Source: Mizuhopecten yessoensis (lineage: Eukaryota). From it: DNA of 64,000 nucleotides. The stretch is taken from the NCBI RefSeq assembly GCF_002113885.1, contig NW_018407068.1, positions 293,849 through 357,848 of the forward strand. Direction: 5' to 3'. The first letter of the stretch is position 1; the number at the start of each line of letters is the position of its first letter. Under the pieces are notes generated by a model, which was given only the letters and a program-made list of their open reading frames with translations, ran no database searches and had not been told where the DNA came from. Positions 24,854-36,300 of the stretch are shown here, in pieces. The position numbers and the translations under genes are program-made.

Positions 24854-27800
24854 TCATTCCACGTCATCTAATCTCTCTAGTTCCACAAACATTAGGTGTG
24901 GTAGACTGGCCTCACCCCTGATGCTCCTCATTACGTGGTACATTTGTGCTACACACATGTCCTTTTTCATGTCCAGTTCATCGTCCAGTAAATCAGGACT
25001 GTAACAGTCCTTGGAAAAGGAGAGGCGATAGGCCTGAAGACTGGGCAGTCCTGCCACTGCTTCCAGCACACACTCATGAACAGGTAGGCTCAGTGAATTG
25101 TTTGATAAATTCACATACATAAGGCTTTCCATGGAGGCTAAGTTTCCTGTAAACAGCTCCACTGAGTCATCGCGTAACTTACAGTCCTGTATTTCCAGTG
25201 TGTGTAACATGGACTTACAGCTCTTTAACAGTTTACTGAAGTTGGCTGCAGCTGGTTGTAGGTTGTTCTCACTGAGGTCCAGCTCTGTTAAACCAGACAT
25301 ATGATGGGATACTGATAAGTATGCAATGTCTGTCAAGGCGAGGCCACATCCCACCAGTCGTAAATACTGCAATGCACTGGGCATATTGGACAAAATCTGG
25401 CGAAGGCGTGTTTTCACACGATTGTTGCTGAGGTCAAGTCGGATGAGATGAGGCAAGGCAGAGAGGAGCTGAGCTAGACTATCACATGATTCCTTGTGCC
25501 TGATACTGTTACAGGACAGATCCAGAGCTATCAAACTATTGAACCGCTCCAGTACAGGTGACAATTTACAGAAGTCTTCACAATTCAGTGCATTATACTT
25601 CAGACGCAGACCTTGCAGGAACTACAAACATCAATATAGATAAGAATTATAAAACAGCCCACAAGAATGTATCAACTTCATGCACATGAAATATAAAACT
25701 TATTAGAAACAAAAATTCCTAATGGTCAGTCTGCAGGTATACAATGCTGTAATGTTCAAGGTACGGTATCAAGTAGAAATTCGCAAATGAAACATCAATC
25801 AATATCATAATAATTTCTGAAATGGCTTTCAACTTTGAGCTTCACTTGAATTCTTCAGATTAATACACATTAACAGAGGTAGTTGTAAAAATATCATCAC
25901 ACTTGAGCTCCTTGTCGTTTAACCAATGTCCCCCAAAAGCACAGTATCCATATTGTCTATAATTGTTACTTAATTACTTGATCTTTGGGCATAAGATTGG
26001 TGTTACTTGTCTTTGTTGATAAATTGGTTTTTTTTGAGTCTTTGAACTGGGATTGGCACAGACAATAGCAGACATGAGGTACACAGCTGTAACTGTTTTT
26101 TGAAAATGAAGTTACAACAAGGATGGTAAATGTAATTTTAGGAATTATTGCGAACACTTACTAATGAAGAACTAACGGAACACCATCATCAACAGTCTTG
26201 AAATAAAATTATATTCCAGAATAGACATCCTACAGAAACTATCAACAAATGAGATTGCATTATGCTAATTGAATATGCATGTGAAATATATTAAGCATAA
26301 AACATGGCCACAGACTTTGCAAGACATATCCACTAACCAAAGCCATACCATACCAATACATGCAAAGTTTTAAACCAGATAAAAACCAGAACTGTAAGTC
26401 ACAAGATAATACCCCTCGCCCCTCTGAAGAAAAACTGTTACAACAATTTTAATTTAGTCTACAGTAGTTCCGGATTTATTTTTGACAAAATTGGGAATAA
26501 ATGGGAATCAAAACAATGCAAGTAAAAAAATATTCACAAGTGCACAACTACAAGGTTTCATAAATGGGAAAAAGGGTGAAGGGAGAAAGCAGTACTTTTG
26601 ACAAAATGTATATTATTAAGCAGAAAATCAGAGAAGGGGCATACCTCATACAGATATAGTGAAAGTCCACAATAAATTGTAAGCTATAACTATATTAGGG
26701 TAATAATGATGTGTACAAAGTTTCATAAATATTGGTCTGTAAAGTAAGCAGGAATAGTTAGATAAAATGTATATAAGGAAATCAGGAAAGGCTCATAACT
26801 CCCACAAAAATGACTGGATCATAACATCAATCACAGACCACAACTTCAGGATTTGTTGATTAAATATCAGTGGAGTTTTTTTTATGAAATTGGGCTGAAA
26901 ACTGTAAGATAAATTGTGTGGACAAGATTTTGTCTAAAAACAGACGGATTAACACTCTGATTTCAGGAAACCCAGCGAACATTGTTACAGGAGTGTAACA
27001 AACCCCATTCACAACACATACATGTACAGTATATATAAATTGGATCATTAATTAAATCATTTCATCAAACAAATATTATTAAACAACAGTGCTCTCAACA
27101 GGATGCAATTATAGTTACGATTGTATGTATGTGTTGTACTGTACCTTTGGATTGACTTGTTGTAGCAGTATATGAAGCTTCTGTTCCCCCAAGCAAGTTG
27201 CATCTAGTGTTTCCAGGACGATTTTTAGTTTACTGTCCTGGAAGCCAGACACTTTGAGAGCTTTACATAGTTCTGCATGTGTCTGATCTGATGTGACAAA
27301 GGCATCCATCTTCACGGTGACTAAAAAACCCACAAGATTGTAGAAAATCAATCATAATTTGACAATTGTCGTACAACAGAGACAAAATGATACAGCTTCT
27401 GTGGTACAAGGGAGACAAAATGATACAGCTTCTGTAAAACAAGGTAAACAAAATGATACAGCTTCTGTGGTACAAAGGAGACAAAATGATACAGCTTCTG
27501 TGGTACAAGGTAGACAAAATGATACAGCTTCTGTGGTACAAGGGTGACAAAATGATACAGCTTCTGTGGTACAAGGTAGACAAAATGATACAACTTCTGT
27601 GGTACAAGGGAGACAAAATGATACAGCTTATGTGGTACAAGGGAGACAAAATGATGAATGATGTGGCTACCATTGTTTATGTGTTTACAACCTATAACAG
27701 CTATGGTCATTTAAGGATGTTCCATGTTTTGGTGGTGGAGGAAAGGAAGAGAAGCTGAGGCTACTGTTGTAAAGGGGGACAAAGTAATGTGGCTACTGTT

Positions 27801-29419
27801 GTACATGGGGGGGGGGGAAATAATAGGGCTACTGTTGTACAGGGGGATATTAATGAAGCTACTATTGTAGAAGGGGATAAAATAATGTGGCTACTGTTGT
27901 ACAGGGGGACAAAGTAATGTGGCTACTGTTGAACGGGGGGGGCAAATAATGTGGCTACTGTTGTACAGGGGGACAAAGTAATGTGGCTACTGTTGTACAG
28001 GGGGACAAAGTAATGTGGCTACTGTTGTACAGGGGGGGGGGGACAAAATAATGAGGCTACTGTTGTACAGGGAGACAAAATAATGAAGCTACTATTATAG
28101 AGGGGACAAAATAATGTGGCTACTGTTGTAGAGGGGGACAAATTAATGACGCTTCTATGAGACAAGGTCCCCAATGAGTAGCAATCCACTGGACCAAAAC
28201 AAGCAAAATTCCAATCTTATTCCTGACATTAAATTATAATCTTCCAAAAGTGTTTTTCAGTTTTTCTATGACAATTATTAGAGGTCTCTGTGCAGTGGTA
28301 CTGTGATTCACTTATATTTCTTATCCAATGAAGTTTCAGTACAGGTTGCAACTGGCATTAGGTTTTTTTCTCTACAAAGCTATAATGCATTGGACATTTC
28401 ACCTACAGCTGGAATCTGGGATGGTCGTATCAGCAGTCATCAGCTGGTACGAAGACTTGTCCGATTCTGTCTGGTCCGGGAGCAGGGTGACCACTCTGTT
28501 GTACATGTCCACCATGACAGTCTGGCGGGCCTCATTGTGTGCCAACATACAGTGGGTCGCCAGGTAAAATAGGATGACTTCCGCTGTAATATATCAGGGC
28601 CAGGTGAAACTAGGCTACATGAATATTGGATATAAAATACATACACTGGGCCAGATTAAATAGGACTACATTAGATACTTTACATACATTTGTATACTGT
28701 ATTTGATGTAATAAAACTGCATCCTCTAGTAAAAAGAAAGACACCCAGGAGATTTTATAAGAAAACATGAGTGCTTAACCAAAACAACTGAATGCATATC
28801 TTAAAATTCCAGATTCCTTTCCATTTCCGTTTACATGTCCAACGTGCCATAAAATCCTTATCTCAAGTTGATTTCAGTTTTACCCAAACATGTATCTAAA
28901 TAATAAACAAAAAATGAATTGATCATGCAATAAAATCTCATAGGTCATCAAAGCTTTACCTGTAGGAAACCCTGTCATGTCAAGATACTTGAGCTTTGTT
29001 GGTGTGCGCTTTTTCAGACACTCCAGGAATGTGTGTGATAAACAGGTGGTGTAGCGTAGACTCTGACGGACAATGTCAGAAAGATAGGTCGAATTGTACA
29101 GGGGCACCACAGATGTGAATAAAGTTGGGGCAAGCTTTTTCAGAGTCAGGCTGTTAAGCGGCCAATGAGATATTAGCGTTTCCATGGAGCGGTCACGATT
29201 ATCGAGCAGGGCTGCCTGCATGAGAGCCACACTGAGGTGGTGTGGGACATGCTGCACTGCTTCTTTTGTAACCGTTGCATCACGCACTATGTACTCTGCA
29301 CACAGATTCACCAGTGATTTTATGGGTGTCTTTCTATACTGTCCATGGTTTGGTTCTGCATGCAGGTCCAGTGGATACACTGCTCCTTGATAATGATCAT
29401 ACTGTAGAGATGCCTGCAT
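24854..29419 (-). CDS. LRRC14: LRRC14/PRAME-family leucine-rich repeat protein, 526 aa, 4 coding exons
   Basis: Exons 29419-28960, 28583-28407, 27320-27145 and 25621-24854 join in frame (1581 nt). N-terminal BC-box-like KSLVNLCAEYIV, PRAME-like segments (LISHWP, KLKYLDMTG) and C-terminal RI-type LRRs (LDLSCNSI, LDLSNNRV, LDLSENNL). The symbol is a family-level best guess. Confidence 0.8.
27368..28150. repeat. ~33-bp minisatellite in two related sub-arrays, LRRC14 intron
   Basis: GACAAAATGATACAGCTTCTGTGGTACAAGGGA (about 27370-27655) and the related GACAAAGTAATGTGGCTACTGTTGTACAGGGG (about 27760-28150). Confidence 0.93.
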
Positions 29420-30262
29420 CTTGTCATCTATTTACAGCTACAGAACACTGGAAATATAACATGCTCACCTGTGGGATAAAAATGAAAATAAAATTCATTT
29501 TAGTCACAAAATAAATTGATGTGTTCTATCACAGATGCTGATAAATTATTTGTTTATGTTGAAGACATCAGCTAAACTAATTAACTAAATACTGTACCAT
29601 TTTAAATATACAAATACAATATATATTTAAATCACATGGATTAAATAGGACTTATACATGAGGTTGAAATTTCAGGCGACTAACATTTTTGGAACCTAAC
29701 TAATTAATTATTATGGGTGAATCTGCCCCCGAGAGCCGATATTTGGGGAAAAAACATACCTCTAAGGTGAAAGTACCTAAATCGGATCACCAAACCATTA
29801 TTTGATTAAATCATTGAAAAATCTGAGTAGGAATTATATTCATTTATGGTTGTATTTTTATATTCTGTGATATATGTCAATGATTGAATTAAAAAACCTT
29901 TTACTAGGTCACATCTATTACTATTCTCAGTCTTAATACAAAATACTCTTTTTTATTTACAAGCTGCAATGTGATTTTAATTATATATTTTATTATAAAT
30001 TGTGATATCTTGTAATAATTACATGCCTATTTTTACCTGAATAAATATTATTATTATTATTAAGGAACAGTACTAGGACCCCTACTCTTCCTTTGCCATA
30101 TAAATGACTTGCCAGACTCTGTGAAATCAGCAGTTCGACTTTACCTTTTTTGTACCGTTTGAGAAGTGTGTACACTGGTCAAACTGGAGACAGTCGATAG
30201 GTTGATGTGACAGAATATTTTACAGCAACAATATAATATTGTCTATCATAGAAAAACCTCAC

Positions 30263-30397
30263 CAGTTGCAAGCGCACCCAAGACATTGATCAGTTGGACG
30301 TAAAAGGTTAGCGGCATCTGACGCTCTATGTTTTGTTTATTCACCGAGATAACGTACAATTCTATTCAGGTTATTCGGGTTGAAAGCCAACTTCACG
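30263..30397. promoter_or_regulatory. Putative compact bidirectional promoter LRRC14/MRPS7
   Basis: A minus-strand donor CTG|GTGAGG at 30263/30262 lies only 135 bp from the MRPS7 ATG; CpG is locally more frequent. Confidence 0.55.
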
Positions 30398-33300
30398 ATG
30401 ACCCTATGTAAAGGGAAATTTCTGTTTCAGTGCTTAGTATCATCTAATTCTCGTTTGTCAAAGTAAGTATGGAATATACTAGCACTTTTGTCTGTGTGTC
30501 ATCATCCGACGTGATAAAATACGATAAAATACTGGTTTGCTGAAATGTAACTTTCTGTGCGGCTTGACTTTCAGTCAGCACTAGCAGATGAGATCTGAAT
30601 TGCATGATACAATATCGCAGTTCTTGGTTTGTCATCAGTAGTTTTTTTACCTGACGGACAAGTGCACACTTTTCTTTTGAATAATATGTTTTACGGCACG
30701 GCCGTTAGTGAGGGCGGAGCCAGTATGTACTGTAAATGTATCGGAATATCGGTACTGTACTCTTTCAAGCATTGCGTGATGTGATAAATTACTAAATCAG
30801 ACCTACATGTATAGCTATACAGTGTATATAACAGTTAAGTTTCCTTTCTTGATTTTTTTTGGCTGACAAGATGTTTGATATCTTGAAGTTTTCCGCCTAG
30901 GTGTATGGTGACATGACATTAATGGGAGAATGCGAAAGGTTCATTAGACTATATAAGTATTTAAATTTGCACCTCTTGAATCCATTACAAAAACAAGTGC
31001 AGCATATTCCACAAAGACACTGAAATAAAACATATTAGGAAGGATATTGTTAATCATGTATAATAGCATAGTTATCTGATATCCACGAAAAGATATACAT
31101 ATATATATATGTATATATCTTTACAAATAAGCCCTTTGGATTACTTCAAACTTAACTTCAATGATTTATAAATATTGCATCCAGAGATAATTTATGCAAA
31201 GTATTTTACAATTTTTGTGCTTTTTATGTGTAAAAATTAATTTGTTAAATGCTATAAAAACTGGATTTATATGAAGTTTCTATTAAAATAAGAAGCATAT
31301 GCGAAATCACAATTTTTGTCATCTTTCAATACCCATCATTATAGCCAAGAGAGTCAATAGATCTATATATCATATATATATTGTGGATGAATAGATTTGT
31401 TTCAGCAACTTACAGTTATCTTTCTTTGAACACTACATCAAAATAGACACACGGAAACATATGAGTCAAAGGTCAATGTGGGTTAAAAGCTTTAAAATTC
31501 ACAAACTTCAAACAATAATATCTTAAGAACAGTTTAAGAGATGTTGAAATGTCTTGTGTTCTAGTTACCAAAATTGGTCTTAAGTTATTTATATGTCAGT
31601 TTCATGTAACAAAAGAAACAGGTGAATGATACTGCCCCTCTGGGCCTCTTGTTTATTCATGTAAAATAAATAATCAAATAAAAAAAATCCCAGCATTCCT
31701 AGTTTTTGTGTTGAGCAGGCCCAAACGACACATTGAAGTAACTTATTGATTGACCCAAAAGTATTTTAATCCTTCATAAAATATACAAGCCTTAACCATT
31801 GTGAACTCAATCTCTCCATTTAAAACTTGTCTCCAGCTATAAACTGCAAAACTACACATATCTATAAACTACAGCTAAAACTACTATTATTACAAACTTC
31901 CTAATTGTCACTCTAGCTCAAACTGAAATTTAAACTCGCTTCTTTATCTGTAGACCTCTGAACTCGGTCTCCCTAACTAAACCTCTTTCCCCAGCCCAAC
32001 TCTCTTCTCCTTCTACGATTCCCAAGCTGAACTACCTTACTATTAGTCCCTTAGCAAAATCCTGTTACATTAGAAATTGTTGATATATACATTAAAATTG
32101 TTGATGCTGCTGAAATCCTGCTAAAATTCAACACCAATACCACAATGTTAAACTGGCCATAAATCCTACTACATTTGACCCTGGTGGTCAGCATCAGGCA
32201 GTGGACACAAACACTGACATCACAGACTGGACCCCCCACCCTCACCCCACCTAGACTACAGATGGTCACCCTAATCCACAGATCCCAACCTTTATCATAA
32301 GCATAATTATCTACGGCTACGGCTACGTAGCTACTATCTTCAGATGAATCTCTGACACTGACCACGAGCCAAGGCTAACAACATGTATTGCAAATGATAT
32401 GTACACTTTGAACAATCAAACGGTTTATAAAAGCATAACAGTGACTGTGAAAAACCAATAAAATTGATTAGGGTCGGCATAACAAAAAANNNNNNNNNNN
32501 NNNNNNNNNGGGGGGGGGAGGGAAGGGACACACAGCTACATTTTTTGGCTCAATCTAATTCTGTGCTGTAAGCTTATATTACTCATCATATGATAAAAGA
32601 ATCTGAATTTACCTGTGAAAAGAACACATCGTTCCATTGGCAACCCCCAATGATGCTGTATGCAGGCCAAATTAAATTGGTCGTTATTGTGAAGTTGTGT
32701 CAAGGTGGGCCTTGTGTAAGGGTGCTACACTTTTAATTGTCTATTTTCAAGTGGTTTAGGATAGTTTGGGCATATACAGGAAGACCAAGGAATATCCATG
32801 CAATCACTTGAAGAAATAATGCAATTACATAATTGCATCTGGTGATTATCAACTCATTTATGTTCAGATGATTTAATAAAAGGTTTATTGTCTTCGCACT
32901 GCAACCAAATTGTTGTGCAACTTGATGGAAAAATGTTTCTTTGTTGTTTACAGCTTTATACAAACACGTTCAAAATGGTACGCTGCACAGTATTTAGAGC
33001 CCACTATAAACGAAAAAGATCTGAAGAAGCCAATTTTGCCTACTGACCAAAGGCTGTTCCGACCAATAATGGCACCAAGGACAGAACAGTCCTTGTCATT
33101 CACCTTTGTCCCTGAAGTTCAGTGAGTATATAGACATGGCATACAAATCTTATAAGATATATAGCATTAGGAAACATACATGTACTAAATATTTATATGA
33201 ACATAAATCTATATGGTCAATGGACTTGCATTGATTTATGAAAGCCTATTATTGAGCTCATTTTCTTAAGAGAAAAAAAACCCCTTTTTTTGCTGTATAA

Positions 33301-36300
33301 CACGAAATAACGCAAAACTATTGTGATATAACGTGTAACTAACATGTAGTAACGCGAAACTTGTTATAAAAAGCGGTTTTACCTTTGCATGGTATCGCAT
33401 GAAAATTTTGACTAGGGGTATAGTTTTTTCAGCACAAACATCAACCCAGTATTTCATTTTCATCTACGTAACAAAGGCAGTGTTGCTTGTTATAAAGTTC
33501 TGGTAGTGTGTACATAATAATTGGTCTACCACGCATATCTAATCCACTGGATATATTGGTGTGTGTTTTCCACTAACTTAGCCAAGTCTCTGTAAAACAG
33601 AAAAGCAGTGACATGTGTATGATAGTAGATTTTGGGTCGCATCATAGGGATTGAATGTTTTTTCCCCCTGATTCTATGAAGTGCAGTGGCTTACATACAC
33701 ATGCCATGAAAAAAGAACATTCAATCCGAATATTAATGTTTTTGGAATCAATGTCAGTGCTTTAATAAGGCGATTATCTTGTAATACGCTGTAAATATGT
33801 CTGTCTAACATCATGTGAAGGCCAATGACAGGACAGCGCTTTGAAAGTCACCGTCATTTGAGCAATTGATTGAAACTGATCCCAAAGAACGAACATTTTC
33901 CAATAATGTATTGAATCCAGCCAAGCGTCGGTCGTGCTTTCAATTACACTATACATGTACTAAAAATATTCGAAAATATTGTTGATCTATGCCAAGGTGT
34001 TGTTGTTGAATAACGTCCACGTAACATCTAAGGTCATATGCAGACGGTATCATTGGTGAATGATACGTGTTTGTATGTGGTGAGTGTTTCTGGACTACTT
34101 GTACTGGAACTAACTCGGGCCGACTTTATAGTGCCAGCACACTGGAATACCATGCCGTAGTCAGACACAAGTACCTGACCCAGACCATTTCCTAGAATAT
34201 CCATCAATACACCCATTGATGGCTATGCCATATGGTTTCAGCGTGTCGTATGAATCAACATGCCATACGTAATCAGGAGCATTACTAACATATTGCTGTC
34301 TATGTAGTTGTTTCCGTTTCCGCCTTAAAAGCCCATGATGCATCCGGATCTTGAACTTTTACTAGATGATACATTGTGTTGCGGGGAACAGTAACACCAG
34401 CCCTGTACGCGTTTGTTATGCATCCATCTATAACCATGAAGTTGTCCAGAATTCTGCAGTTCATTAAGAATGCATACTCCCTGCAATCCCTATCACATAC
34501 ATCAGAATAATGTTTCCTTCTCGTTAAATGTAATGGTTTCAATATTCTCTTTAATGTCGTCTTACTTATGATGATTTTATCTGCTATTGCAAAAAAAATC
34601 AAGATTCAGCTTGGGATAGGCCAAGTTCAAAATAAAACCTAACTAATGTTCTGTCCATCAACTTTTTCCTTTAAAATGCTACTAGTCCAGAACGGCTTTA
34701 AATTTGTGGATTTTAACTAAATTTGTTCTGGAGCATCCTTGGGCCAAGGGGACTCAATTAAGTGGGTGTGCCCCACTGGGGACAGAGGACAGAGCCCAAT
34801 AGGGGAAATAGAGGTCAAACCATTAAAATACTGTTTCTACCATCGGGATTAAGGGATTTTATCCTTATATAGTCTGGAGCATCCTTGGTCCAGGGGGACT
34901 CAATTTTGTATAAACGGTGGGTGTGACCCCCTTAGGGGCAGATAAGCAGGGCCCAATGGGGGAAATAGAGGTAAACCTATAAAATCCTTCTTCTAGCATA
35001 GGTATTGAGGGATTTCATCCCAATTAGGTCTGGAGCATCCTAAGGCCAAGGGAACTCAATTTTGCATAAACGGTGGGTGCGGCCTCCCCTAGGGGCAGAG
35101 AAGCAGGGCCAATAGGGGAAATAGAGGTAACACATTTAAAATCCTTCTTCTTCTGTAAGGATTAAGGGATTTCATCCTTATTTAGTCTGGAACATACTTA
35201 GGCCAAGGGCACTCAATTTTGTATAAACAGTGGGTGTGCCCCCCCCCCCCACCCCCTAGGGGCAGAGAAGAGGGGCCCAATAGCAGAAATAGAGGTAAAA
35301 CGGTTGAAATCCTTCTTCTACCGTAGGGATTACGAGATTTTATCCTAATTTTGTCTCCATCAATTTGTCTATTAGTGCCTGTTACTATAAGGTTGTATTC
35401 ATTAAAACAAGATAGCCACCTGTCCGCCATCTTGGATTTTGACATTTGAAGTTTGTTCTCGCTGCTATATCTCCAGAAATACTGGATGGATCTTTCTGAA
35501 ATTTCATATAGACATACAGTACCTACCAAAGGCTACCATGGAGTGCTATATCTTTACCTCATACCAAGTTCTTTTAACATATCCAGGTGAGCGATACAGG
35601 CCCTCTGGGCCTCTTGTTGTAATTTAATTTCTATTGTTTTAAAAAGTTGCATTAGCAACTTGTTTATATAGTATCGTTCGTGTTATTTCGCGAAAGGTTC
35701 ACGTTATCACGCGATAGTTTCACGAAAGTTATTTCGCAATAATAAAAAGTTTTTTCTCTTACGAAAATGAGTTCAATAGGCTTTCGTATGGATCACTTCA
35801 TAAGTATAATGAGCAACTTTCTTGAATTGAGTATAACATCAGTGGAAAAAAGTGTTGGGGAATTTCTGTATATATATGGATGACCAAAAAAAGTCACCTT
35901 TTTTGTATCTACAGAAAATAAGTTATTTTAAAGTTACATTCTTGTAGACATTCTTGTAATAATAATTGTATTCTCAAAAAAAGTGATTGTGAGATAGATG
36001 TCCAGTTTATTACCTATGTTTTTTTTTGTTTTCATACCTACGTTTTTTGTTTTGTTTTCATACCTATGGGTTTTTTTCATAGGAAATTTATCAACATTGT
36101 GATGAAAAAAGGAAAGAAGAAGTTGGCAAGGGAATCTGTAGAAGAGGTAATTCAGATTATCATAATTAAAGCTGTGGGATTAGTCAAGTTTAATGAAGAT
36201 ATTACTGTATACCAGCTGTATAAATGAAAACCCATTGCATATTACTGTAACAGATGTGCATTGATTAAGTTGCCTTACAAGCGTCAGCTGTAGGGAATTT

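Noticed and set aside
27263-27758. Overlapping repeat ORFs
   Set aside because: 33-bp minisatellite in an LRRC14 intron.
32290-32360. Possible hammerhead ribozyme (minus-strand CTGAAGA plus a short stem)
   Set aside because: The required GAAA core is missing and stems I and III cannot be built.
32490-32509. N-run and single Ns (7770, 16369, 20649)
   Set aside because: Assembly gaps, mostly beside homopolymers; not biological, though they weaken nearby junction claims.
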